From positions 75,144,001 through 75,208,000 of the forward strand of contig OX597814.1 of NCBI GenBank assembly GCA_951406725.2: DNA of 64,000 nt. The letters run 5' to 3'. Source of the stretch: Octopus vulgaris (lineage: Eukaryota). A program made the translations under genes and the position numbers. Below the pieces are notes generated by a model that saw only the letters and a list, made by a program, of their open reading frames with translations, was not told where the DNA came from and did no database searches. This document shows, piece after piece, positions 41,430-53,899 of the stretch (positions are counted from its first letter, which is position 1; each line of letters begins with the position of its first letter).

Positions 41430-43110
41430 TGACGTACAGTGTATAATGCTGACCTATCCACTGAATATGGTCACTAATATTCTAAAACGTCACTGGATAG
41501 AAAATGAAATCAGTGCACTGATAAATGCTTGCTTAGTACATTCACCATTACACCATTGCGTAAAAGCTAAAGTCTATGGTAAAATCCGCTGAAAAATTAG
41601 TGTCACAATCCTTTTACAGATCTGTAAAACAGATCAAAAACAAAATAAATCACATATCATTTCATACTTTACACATGCACATGGTAACACTGGAAGCTAT
41701 ACTTGTCAATGGACATAGCTCACCAACTGACCCAATGCCAACAGGTCAGGAGTCACTTCAATGACCCATTAGCCAGCAACAAATAACACCCTCATTGATA
41801 TTGCTATCTGACCTAATTCCATCCATTGATATTGCTATCTGACCTAATTCTACCTTGGCAAACCAGGACTAGCAACAACAGCCTGCCACTGCTACTACAT
41901 TGAAAGCACCTTGTTTGGCACCACTATCTGACCTACTGCTACTACAATAGGACCACTGACCAATGAGCCTGCCAATATAGAAAAACCTCTAGTATGCCCA
42001 TATCAAAAATCCTGTTGATATCACTCTCAAGGTAACTGTAGACTTGGCCCCAGCGGCACCAACAACAAGGAACGCTGTGCTTTTTTCCATCCTACCTGTT
42101 AAGAGCACCTGATCCTAAATTGGATGCACAAAAGGCAATGGATGCACCTTCTTCCATCCTAGACTACCAAACTTGTGTCACTACCACCATCTGAAGGGCA
42201 CAAAACGATTGAAAAATAAATATAAACAGCAACAGAGGAGACCTACGACAACAACAAAAACAAAATACAACCAAACAATGAAGAGAGAACTATGGAAAAA
42301 CATAACACTAAATAACATAAACATGAACTATGTATCATCTGACGAAGTGGCAAACCAAAGAGGCAACTCTTTTTTACTAACTTATCTAGAAAATATGAAG
42401 GCCAACCTAAGCCAGGAGATCCAGCGAGCTATCAGCAACCATCTATGCAAAATACAAGGAACACCCACCCACCACCAACTAGAAAATCATACACACACAG
42501 CTCCATACAAAAACTACCCTCATTGCTACCTCTGAACAACATAAAACATAACTTAAAATGATGCAAACATCAAACTACCCTTACCTCGACATTCCTGTTA
42601 AATGTATGTGGCATCAACCCATCACTCATTGTTCAAACAGTACATTGCTTCCCTTTCTTTATCCTTACTGAAACTCACCTAAACAGCACACATATGGATA
42701 CTGAAGTGAAAATAAAAGATTTCACCATCATCCGTGCAGATTGCACAGACCAAAATAAAGAGGGGACAGCCATCTTTCTCCATGACTACTTTTCAGTTGA
42801 TACCAAGGACATATTTTCCAATGGCTATTGTGAATCTATATCACTATTCAACAAAGCCAAAGACATAATCATTGTTGGTCTTTACAGGCCTCCCCAAGCA
42901 CCTCTAAAGTGCTTTGAAGAGTACCTCAACAAAATCAAGTCCTTCCTTCAAAAATACAACTTTGGAAACACTAGTGATGGGTGATTTTAACCTCACTCAT
43001 ATAAACTGGCCTACAAATACTCTGAAATTAGGCAAATGCTCTACATCAGATAAAGCAGCAGCAGAATTACTCTTTTATCTAATGGATAAATTCATCCTGA
43101 CTCAGCTATA
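41430..43110 (+). mobile_element. CR1-like LINE, 5' half: ORF1 remnant with CCCH fingers + APE endonuclease remnant
   Basis: About 42000-42170 reads C*YHSQGNCRLGPSG..ERCAFFHP..GCTKGNGCTFFHP. About 42600-43110 reads LTETHL..IIRAD..GLYRPP..VMGDFNLTHINW. Confidence 0.75.
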
Positions 43111-43111
43111 T

Positions 43112-43730
43112 ATAGATGAGGACAGCTGTGTGAAAAAGTGTCACACCCTAACAGTGGAGGGAACATGTGGAAGAGGTAGACCCAGGAAGACTAAAGATGA
43201 GGTGGTGAAGCACGAGCTTCAAATGTTGGGCCTCACAGAGACGATGCTCTGCTTGAGAAGAGCCGGCAAGCCAAGTGAGCCAGTGTAGCATAACTGGCCC
43301 ATTTAAGAGGACTCTTCAATCATTGGGCAATAAACTGTGCTTGAGAAGACCTGTTGAGTTACGTGAAATCATTGTCGTGGCCGATGCCAGTACGGCGTAA
43401 CTGGCATCTGTGCCATTAGCATGTAAAAAGCACCATTTGAGCATGGTTGATGCCAGTGCGCCTGACTGATCCTGTGCTGGTAGCATGTAAAAAGCACCAT
43501 TTGAGCATGGTTCTCATGCCGGTGGCACGTAATAGGCACCCACTACACTCTTGGAGTGATTGGTGTGAAGAAGGGCATCCAGCTGTAGAAACCTTGCCAG
43601 ATCAGATTGGAGCCTGGTACAGCCTTCTGGCTTGCTAGTCCTCAGTCAAACCATCCAACCCATGCCATGTGTATGTGAGTATGCATGTATGAGTTGTGTG
43701 TGTGTATGGAAGTTAAACAATGATGATGAT
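43112..43730 (+). mobile_element. RTE LINE 3' fragment (older subfamily)
   Basis: DEDSCVKKCHTLTVEGTCGRGRPRKT, a 3' UTR with two minisatellite-like units, and a gatgatgat tail; homologous to 36143-36920. Confidence 0.88.
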
Positions 43731-43871
43731 GTATATATATATGTATATATATATATATAAAGTTCACAGTTCACTTTCCAGAGGGTTCCTTTTTTCCTTA
43801 GTCTCTACTCTTCTATTTCATTACTTATCTGTGAATTTTCCGTGTCTAGATCTTTCATATGGTCTCTATTT

Positions 43872-43947
43872 GTCTCTTATGATGGAATACCCCATATTCA
43901 GGCATACTCGCCAATCACTTGGGATATCCCAGAAACAGCTGTAAGAC
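43872..43947 (+). ncRNA. Type I hammerhead motif (G5U core change) in a ~415-bp element at 43758-44172
   Basis: gtct-cttatga-tggaatacccca...tgggatatccca-gaaa-cagctgt-a-agac: palindromic stem III ACAGCUGU and a GUA triplet. Confidence 0.75.
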
Positions 43948-44257
43948 CTCAACTAATTTAATAATAATATTAAATAATGTATACGACTTGAGATACTTGT
44001 TATGCTTTCGGCATTTGTTGTCCTCTTTCATAAATGTATATCTACTAAATTCGAAACCTAGAATGGATCTGTAGCTCGTCTCAGGTATGGGCTTGGAACC
44101 CTGATAATCCATTGCAGCACTTACCCAGCATACCTATTCATTTAGATCACCAGTGAACTAAACCCCCATATTCTGTATATATATGTATATGTGTGAATGT
44201 GTATATATCTTTATTTTTAGGTGAACATATGTATGTATACACACACACATATGTATG

Positions 44258-46155
44258 TAGCCCTCCACTTCACTTCCACTATCTCCAACACCTCTGTCTC
44301 CTTCCTCGACATTTCGGTTAGCATTCTTCACTCCACTCTTACCACCTCCATTCACTACAAACACACAGACTCACACTCATACCTCAACTTCTCTTCCTCC
44401 CACCCAGAACACACCAAGCTTTCCATCCCCTATTCCCAATTCCTCCGTCTACGTAGGCTCTGTAGTGACGACCATGACTTTGAGACTCAGTCTCAACGTA
44501 TGGCTCACCACTTCACCCTACGTGGATACCCCCTCACCACTATCCACACCGCCCTTGCCAGAGCACGGTCCGTGGACCGTGTATCTGCTCTCTCTCCCCG
44601 AACCCGCCCTGTAGTCTCCCGCCTCCCTTTTCCCCTCACTTACCACCCCACGACCCTACGTCTCCAACGCACCATTCTTCGAGCTTTCCGTCATCTCCAG
44701 TCCGACCCGTCCACTTCACACCTCTTCCCTAACCGACCCCTCCCCTCTTTCAAACGAGCCCACAACCTTCGAGACCTTTTGGTCCATAGCTCCTTCCCTG
44801 ACCCTACCTCCCAACCCGGCTCGTTCCCCTGCTCCCGCCCACGTTGCCGCACTTGCCCTTACCTCTCCAACACCACCCGCCTCACTAGCACCCACCATCG
44901 ACCCTATCCCATCATCCACTCCTTCACCTGCACCTCCAGCAATATTATCTATTGCATCTCTTGCTCTCTCTGCAATTCCTTGTACATCGGACAAACGGGA
45001 CGCCGCTTGGCTGACCGGTTCGCGGAACACCTTCGTGACATCCACCTTGCGAACGACACACCGGTCTCACGCCATTTCCGCTCCACCGGTCACTCCTTGC
45101 AACACCTATCTGTGTTCGGTTTGTCCTTACACAGAGGCCATCCGGATTCCCGTTTGCGCCGTGAACAGGAATTAATCTTCTCTCTTCGCTCTTATACGCC
45201 ATTTGGTCTCAACTCTCCCCCCTCCTCATCTAACCCCCCTCCTCACCTATCCTTTCTCCCCCGACCCCTACTTCTTCAGTCCTTCATCCTTTCACCCCTA
45301 CTCCCCTTCCCTCTTTCTCCCTCCCTCTTCCCCTTCCCTCTGCTCCCTCACTCCCCTTCTCTCTCCCCCTCTCCCTCTTTCCTCCTTCATCCCCTTCCTT
45401 CTCCCCCATCCTCTCCTCTTCCCCCTCTTCTTTCCCTCCCCTTCTCCCCCTCCCTCTCTTCTCCTCACTACACCACATGACTTTACACATCACATCACAT
45501 ATGATGTGCCATACTAATACACACACCAACTAATACATACTAATACGTACTAATACATACTAGTACATACTAATACTTACACCAACCCTATACATACACA
45601 CGTCCAGACCCCGCACACGCACTTATACTCTCTCACACACACACACACACACCTATACATACCAATACGTACTAATACATACTAATACATACTAATACAT
45701 ACACCAACCCCATACATACGCACGTCCAGACCAATCCTACGCACTAATACTCTCTCATACACACACACACACACACACACACCCTTATACATACTAATAC
45801 ATACACCAACCCTATACATACACACATCCAGACCCCTCTCACGCACTTTTAGCTGGTCCCTCAACCCATTTATCAACCCTATTATCTCCCCTTATTTCGC
45901 TCTCGCGTCTCATGTTTGATCTTTGACCCCTGGCCGAAATCAGATCGCCATGTTGATTCGTTAGCTACTGCACGCATTTTTTTCTCTCCTTCTTTCTGTG
46001 TTTTTCTCTCTCTGTGTATCTTTCTGTTGAAGAGCGTAGGCTCGAAACGTTAAAGACTTGTTTTATTTATATTTCCTGAGCGCCATACTAATACAATTGT
46101 TCGTTTGTTTTCCACCTGCCTTCGTCTTTTGTCTATTTTCATAAAGCTTCCCGTT
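44258..46155 (+). mobile_element. Penelope-like element (Neptune-like), 5'-truncated; RT thumb + Cys linker + GIY-YIG in one open frame
   Basis: ORF 44221-45480: SFLDI..YKHTDSHSYLNFSSSHP..SIPYSQFLRLRRLCS..CSRPRCRTC..IIYCISCSLC..LYIGQTGRRLADRFAEH..HF..GH..E..FGLN. Followed by a pyrimidine tract and a hammerhead-bearing terminal repeat. Confidence 0.95.
46019..46056 (+). ncRNA. Minimal type I hammerhead in the PLE terminal repeat (CUGUUGA variant)
   Basis: tcttt-ctgttga-a-gagc-gtag-gctc-gaaa-cgt-t-aaaga. All stems pair, with palindromic ACGU stem III. Confidence 0.75.
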
Positions 46156-47969
46156 ATATATATATATATATATGTGTGTATGTGAGTATGCATGTATGTG
46201 TTGTATGTGTGTATGTATATATGTGTGTGTGTGTGTGTGTATTATTACTTAGTAAACTGAAAAGATTAAATGGTTTATAGTATGTGTAGGTATTTGTGTA
46301 TACATATGTATATATGTCTGTGTATGTGCATGTATGTATATCTATGTAGGTATGTATAGGTATATATGATGTATTTGTATGTATATGTGTATATACATAT
46401 GTAATCAATATTGGTCTATATGTATATCTATAAATAAGTATATTTATGTGTATCTGGATATGTGTATATAGATGCATGTAACTATGTATGTATTTATGTA
46501 TACATGTATGCGAGTATTGTCTGTATATATGTGTATATCTGCACATGTGTTTATGTGTATATATTGGTGTGTGTACATATACATATATTTTAATTTGTAT
46601 ACATCTTAAATAAATAAATTAATGTATGAATAAATAAAGTGATACTAATTTTTACTAATTTTTTAAAAAATTAAAAATTGATCATTGTATTAGGTTGTGA
46701 TAAAATTTTTAAATTATGCACGATGACATGAACAAAATTTTTTTTCCGTGTGATATTTTCCCCAACTTTATAATGTGACAACATTATTTAACATAATTGT
46801 ATTTGAGGCCAAATTTTGTAGTTATACTGAACGATTTTTAAGCTATTTTATTTTAGCTGAAAGGTTTGTAGCTTTAAACTAGTATATTAACGAGGATATC
46901 TATAATATTTCAGTGGATTCATTTATAAATTTAATACTAAGTACCATAAAATATATTTGTCTTAAGTGTAAACTATATTACTATATTTGTAGTTAAATTT
47001 AGGATTTAAGTTTTAATTATGCTATCATCTTCATATAAAATGATTATAAGTATATAAATTGAATAATGATATATAGATAATTTTATAAAAGGCCCTATCG
47101 TGATCATAAGTACGTATTTGCGGTTATTTTTCCGTAGGCAATGAATGTATAAATATATAAACACTGATTTACGGTGGTATTTTCCTCTGATAAACTAAGT
47201 AAATTTGTGTTTTTATACCTGTTATTTACTAAGAATAATGTTTATACTAGGATGAATAAATAGATTAGAATAATTATTATATATAATTATATATCTTTTT
47301 GAATAATTATGCACATATGAATATTTCTTGTATTTTATATCATCATATTATGTTCTTTCAGATTTGTATACACATAAAAATTATAGAATAATAAAACTAT
47401 TGGCTTACTCTAATTTATTCCCTTCTGTAAAACTAAGTAATATTCTGAAACTTTATTTATTTATATATTATCATTTTTATGTAAGAAATAGCATCGTTTA
47501 TAATAATTGTAACTTTATACGTTTGTTTTACATTGGTGTATTTAGTAGAAACTTTTGAGTGAATGAATTGTTGATTAAAAATTTTTTTAAATGAATTTAG
47601 TGTCTGAATAAAATATGTCCTTATCTATTTATTTTTTTCATCATAGTATATGGTAATTTGAAATAGAATATATTTCCTACTCTGCCATAAATTCTTACAT
47701 ATCATATAGATCTTATATAATAAAGAGGGCAGAGATTATTTTCAATTGAATATCTTTAGATTAATATTATTGGAGATGCATAAGAACATTTTATGGCCGT
47801 TGTAATTTTTCTTTACTTAATTATTTTATCTATTTGAATTTTGCTTTTGTTCATATTATATTTAATTATATTTTTGAATTATTAATGCTCACGCTTGTAA
47901 ACATAAGTATATTTTAAATCAGTCTCTTTTGTGATTTACCAGTCCTTGCATGGGATTTTTGCTTTTTGT

Positions 47970-48067
47970 ACAAATATTACCCTGAAGAGATTCGTATGTA
48001 TAAACGTAAATTTTTATAAATTCACGAGTGGATATGAGTCGAAACAAATTATTGGATATATATTTGT
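47970..48067 (+). ncRNA. Type I hammerhead motif with intact CUGAAGA/GAAA core and long stem II
   Basis: acaaatattacc-ctgaaga-gattcgtat...atatgagtc-gaaa-caaatt-att-ggatatatatttgt. Stem II has 9 bp, stem I pairs with bulges, stem III has a C:A mismatch. Confidence 0.7.
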
Positions 48068-48499
48068 TTTAATTATTTATTATATTATATCTTTTTATAG
48101 TATAATTATATTATAATGTAAATAAATTTTTAATATGTCAATTGTATTTCTATACTTCCTTTAATATTTGTATATTGTAATTGTATCATATTATTTGTAG
48201 TATTCAACAGAAGCACCAGTGAAAATTGGATGTTTTCCATCCTTTTAAAGGAAATGGCTTTTGCCTTGGTTTGATTTATATATTACATGGAAAAATATGA
48301 GCAAGAGAAATAATATTCTTAAGATTATAAACCTGGAAAAGTACAGGACAAGTTTCTACAGTTTGAAAAGTTCAGGACTTTGCTAGTAAAGTACAAAACA
48401 AAAACATTTTTTTTCCAGGCTATGCTGTTATGCTAATTAATAATGTGTCAATTAATAATTTAAGATTTTACTTTACTGAAAGTTGAACAATAAATTTAA

Positions 48500-48632
48500 A
48501 GAGTGTGTTGTGCGTGCATGCGTGTGTGATAGAGAGAGAGAGGTGTGAATGAGAGTGACAATGTACATTCTTTTTATTTATTTTTTCTTGTTTTTTTTTG
48601 AATGAGTGAATTACTGAGAGAGATGTGTTGTC

Positions 48633-48690
<58 letters not shown>

Positions 48691-48744
48691 GCAGTGTAAA
48701 TTTTATATATTTACTTTCTCTTGCATCTTTTTTAGTGTTTGACT

Positions 48745-48797
<53 letters not shown>

Positions 48798-49080
48798 GGT
48801 GTGTCTTGCTCTGTGAGAGAGTGAGAGAGAGAATGATAGTATAAATTTTTTTTGCATGTATGTATAAGTAGCTAAGTAAAATTTACGCTGTCTCTCTCTC
48901 TTGCTCTGTCACATACCTTCTTTCTCTCTCTCTCTCTCCCAGTCAATCACTCACAAATTCACTGAAAAAAGATGTGAGAAAAAACTTTTAAATGTATGCT
49001 GTCCCTCTCACTCTCTCTCTCACATATACACACAACACACACTTTCTGTTTTGCATTCCTCATCAGCACATACATACGTC
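48500..49080. repeat. (GA)n tracts followed by (TC)n tracts, an imperfect inverted arrangement
   Basis: catcttttttagtgtttgactgagagaga (about 48724) versus tctctcccagtcaatcac..tgaaaaaagatg (about 48933-48974). Confidence 0.5.
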
Positions 49081-49789
49081 CATGTCCTCTCTCTTTCACT
49101 TTATGCTGGTTTCAAACAAAATGTACAATTCCACTCGCAAAAATAAATAAAAAAATTTTATGAAATTTACTAAACGCCAAGTTAAAACAAAAGATTGCCA
49201 AAATTTCTAAATAATATTTTAGTTTTTTTCATTTTTATGATATAATCGCATTAATTAATACAGACGACATAGTTAAACTAACTGCAAATTAGTGGTATCG
49301 TTGATAATTTGTTCCTTACCTCAGCGAAACTGGTGACATATATTAAAGGTCCCCTTATAGAACTATATTTATAAAAAAGTATAGAATTACATTATCACCC
49401 TCAAACAAACACTTATAACTTTTTTCTTTTAAAACTTCATTGCATGAGATTGATACCATGAAATTCCACAAATTGAGCTCTATCATTTAAGCTTAATTAA
49501 TATATCGTTTTTTTTTTTTTAAAAAAAAGCTAATTATACCTAAAAGCAATTTTTTGCCTTACTTATATTTTTCTTTATAATATTTTACCTCACAACTTTT
49601 TTGATACAAATTTTTGTTGCAGGGGATTAAAACTATGAAATTCTTCACGCTTTCTTCTATCATTGAAGCGAAGATAAATATATTTTGCTTTTAAAATAAA
49701 AAAGTTATTTAGATCTAAACTTGACTGGAGGCATTACTTACTCTCCTATAATGCTGCTACAAATATTGATGTAAACTTTTTTCTACTGG

Positions 49790-49910
49790 ACCAAATCTCA
49801 ATTTTTTATGCCAAAATGTAGCTAGGGAGCAGCCCTCTTTAAGAGTGTTAATAGTTTTCAATTTGGTTAAGAACTGAATTAGTGACAAAGCTCTGAAGAT
49901 GTTGCAAGTA
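49790..49910 (+). repeat. Old dispersed repeat; inverted homologue at about 2110-2215
   Basis: tttatgccaaaatgtagct...gaactgaattagtgacaaagct matches the reverse complement of 2114-2213. Confidence 0.55.
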
Positions 49911-51019
49911 AATTGCAGCCTTAAGAATATTATTCAACTACTACCGTACTTGAATGGTATTTGTACATATGTATGTATGCATGGATATATATACATATTT
50001 ATATCAATGTACGTATGGATATATATATATATAAATATATACACACACACACACATATGTATGCCTGCATGTATATATATATTAAAAAAAGAATGTTGTT
50101 TATTTTAATTTAGAAAAATAAAGAGTATTAAAAAGAACACATTATGGGATGACCCAATATAGAGGCTACCAAATAAACTATATTTTTGGCATGACTCTTT
50201 TTTACAACTAAAATAACCTTGGAAATGAGGTCAGGTCACACAATTTTGAGGTCATTTTCAGGCAACATTTCAATTTGCTTCTTATGTTTCACTTATGTGT
50301 AGAATTCTACACAGACATTTATGAAAAGGTACACATAAATATTGTATTAAAATAAACCACAACCAAAAAGTTTCATTAAAAGACATCCATTTCTTTATAT
50401 GTTATGAAGAAATAGTCACTCACTCTCTTTCTCTCAAATGCACACACACACATACAAAAAAGATGTATGCATGTGTATTTATGTATGTGTATATGTATGT
50501 GTGTGAGAGAGTGAATGCTACTTACATATACATGCAAAAAATACATACATGACACACACCACTCTCTCTCTCTTCCAGACACACACATGTTCATTTCATA
50601 TACATGTACATCTTTCACTTTCTGCTTTCACTTTGAAGCAGATGTCGCCTTTTCAGTTTCTGCTCTCTTCAAAGTATAAAGAAATAGAAAATTTTATGGA
50701 AATTAACAAACAATCATATGATTCCATATAATTGAGTTGATGGGGGAGGGGGGAATTAAAATTTTGAAAACATGATTTCTGGCCAAAACCATATTAACTC
50801 CCTTTTATACAATGAAATAGTATATAGTTTGTGATTCTTCTTAAGAACAGAAAACACTTTCATACAAACCCATGCCAATTGTACCCTCCTCTCTTTACTT
50901 TTAAACAAACAATAACTTCCATTACACCAGTAATCCAGTTCTCTATATATCAGCTGTGCTGATTCTACCCATAAGAAAGAAACAAATAATACAATGTGAC
51001 TGTAGGTCATAACACCTTG

Positions 51020-51215
51020 GCAATGCCAGGATGCATCGCTAGTAAAACATGATTTCTGGTAAGGTAGCCGCAGGAGAAATACACAGCTAAAGATAAACCT
51101 CAGTACTTGGTCTTTGTTGATTTGGAGAAAGCCTTTGGCAGGGTCTCCCAATCCCTTATCTGGTGGTTAATGTGGAAACTAGGGATAGACGAGTGGTTGG
51201 TGAGAACTGTACAAG
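51020..51215 (+). mobile_element. Internal RT fragment of the RTE family
   Basis: gcaggagaaatacacagctaaagataaacc...gagaaagcctttg...atctggtggt...aaactagggatag matches 35050-35210. Confidence 0.85.
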
Positions 51216-51227
51216 TTATTATTAATA

Positions 51228-51350
51228 ACATTGCCTTTCATCCTTTTGGGGTCAATAAAATAAGTACCAGTTGAGCACTGGGGTTGATGTAAATTAACTT
51301 AACCTTCTTCCCTCAAAATTTCAGGCTTTGAGCCTATAGTAGAATGGATT
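51228..51350 (+). mobile_element. SINE family A, 3' half
   Basis: ttgcctttcatccttttggggtcaataaaataagtaccagttgagcactggggttgatgta, followed by an (att)n tail. Confidence 0.8.
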
Positions 51351-52704
51351 ATTATTATTAATACCTAAGAGAAAAAGGTAGATAGTGAAAACTAGCAGTT
51401 TCAATCCTAGCTGAAGTCAATTCATTCTTTATTTTTTAAAAAATATATTCACAAAGTTGTGGTCATACACAACTATGAAACTATGAGACAATGGTTAAAT
51501 AAAGATATTGACAACAGGGTAGGAATATTTTACTAATTATACCTTATATAAACCTATATCTTCAATTAAAAACAATTTTGTTTCTATAAATAGGAAAGTT
51601 CATTAGCTTAACTTGAGAATATTGCTGATATTACTGGAAATTATCTTATTAAAATGACACTAAACAGATGTATAGTTGTTTGTTACTTCAACAAATTCAA
51701 TGATTTTTTCCCTCCATCCATTATGATAAATTTGAAGTCATTTTGTTTTTACTTTTAATCAACATTTAAATAATGAAAAGTTATGAAGTATCATGTTTCG
51801 AGAGTAGACAGCAAAGAACTTTCCTTATGAAGATAAAATAAAAAAAATAAAAAAACCCATCACCATCAACAAAAAACAATTTGTTAATCACCTTTCAACA
51901 TCAAATAACTTTTAATTATTGAAGATTTCCTTAATGATAACTTTTCAATAAATTATATTTGACAGAATTTCTTAAAATGCAAATAACTTAACTAATTCTA
52001 ACCCTAATATGTTACAGTCACACAATTTCCATTTGTATAATTGTCGACAGCATAAGAAGTGAAAAATTTCTGAGCTGAATGAATAAATTATGCAATAGTT
52101 CAAGATCTTTAATACTTTATTGAAGAGAAAACTGAAGATAAAGAAGAGGACACCTGAAATGCAGTAAATACTGAGTCATTAGAAACATGCAGATAAATAT
52201 TACATCTGTATGTATCTGAATAGCTGCTTAAGTTGCTACAGTTATAGTAAAATGTGGAATTGCAGTTATTCTACATTAGTTTTCTGAATCACAAAAGTCC
52301 TTGGGGCTTGTAGTTAACTCTGATTCCATAATTAAGCAAGTGAGAAACAAATCTTCCTTTTGATTAGAAATGTCCATCATATATAGGTTTACCATGGAAG
52401 GCACTGAGCTCTGTGTATAAACATATAAATTATTTGGTGAATTCCACAGTACTGTCACTTCTTACAACAATTAATTATACCAGTCATGATACTTTTTCAG
52501 AAATATGTCGACTTGGATGCTGAAAGCAAAATATTTCAGCAGTGTCAGTGACAAGATTTAAAACTCTAGCTTCTTGGCTAGTCGTTGGGTACTCTATTAA
52601 TTTAGATAACTACTCTGTCAGTTACACTACACTGAGTATTTACAATTAACCTAATGTTTCTCAAAATTGCAACATTGCTAAGTGAAATTATAATATCAAA
52701 AAAG

Positions 52705-52942
52705 GTCAAAGTCCTTCTGGTGCAGAAGGCTGGTTACCCAGATTCTGTGGCATATATATTGCCTGTCTGGTTAGGATAGCAGCCCATCACAGAATTACTC
52801 ATTTTTGCCAGCTGAGTGGACTAGAGCACTGAAAAGTGAAGTGTTTTGCTCTAGAACAGAACACACTGCCCAGTCCAGGATTCAAAATCACAATCTAACA
52901 ATCATGAGTGCAACACCCAACCACTAAGCCACATACCTCCAC
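52705..52942 (-). mobile_element. tRNA-derived SINE sharing its head with family C
   Basis: Reverse complement gtggcttagtggttgggtgttg...gaatcctggactgg...agtccactcagctggcaaaaatgagta. Confidence 0.75.
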
Positions 52943-53899
52943 ATAATTATATAACTATATCTGAACAAATGTAACTGATACTATACTTTAAGCAATGACA
53001 AAACATACCAGTGCAACTATGGTTTAAATAACCATAGTATAAAATACAGTGTCCCTGTATCAACAAATAACTACAATGCTGCTTACATCTCCAGATAACT
53101 GCAACATTGCCAAGCAACTACAGGTAAACAATTTGTATCTCTAGGTAATTATAAACAGCTTAGATTCTAAAAGTCTGTATAGTAATTACATTATCTCTTG
53201 GTAAATAGTTCACAATGGCAACTTTGAAGAAACAGAATTATAGTTCTTCAAAGAATAACCAAATTTTGCTTTTCAAGTAATTTAGTAAAAATAGGACAGA
53301 CTGAGGAAAGCTCCTTTACAATTAGAGTTAAATATCAACTTCATCAAAAATAAATTTTAATACCATCCCAAGCAAAAATTACTGCTTTAGCCTTTTCACT
53401 AAGAACAAAATTCATAAAATGAAAAATAAACCCAGGCATACATCAACTGCAATATATTAATAGAAACAGTCTTTATAACTAATGAGCTTCATTTTTTCTT
53501 TAAGAGACAATAAAGTTAGATCAGATACTAAAAAAACAAAGAAAACTCAGGACAAATCTAGTTGAGTTGTTCATTGTCTTGATTTTCAAAATCTGCCAAT
53601 TTGATTTAGTTTTACTTTTCTTTCATATCTAACCATATTTGAGATAGTTTTTATCAATACCAATAAGTGGTTGTTAGACTAGACATAAATAAAGCAAGAT
53701 CTGGAAGTAGACTTAAAATTATAATTCGGAGATGATAAAAAAAGATATCAGATAACAAATTTTAAGAGATATTTAAAACAACTGAAGTTTAAAAACAAAA
53801 ATAATAGCACAGTTATCCTATAAGTCAATAGGAGTAGTATAAATTAAATACTATAAACATCTTAATTACATATAAAATAATAAACATATATTTTAAGGT

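Noticed and set aside
49290-49350. Minus-strand GAG|gtaag donor-like site (also near 63730 and 63860) as a candidate upstream GALNT exon
   Set aside because: The upstream translation shows no GalNAc-T similarity.
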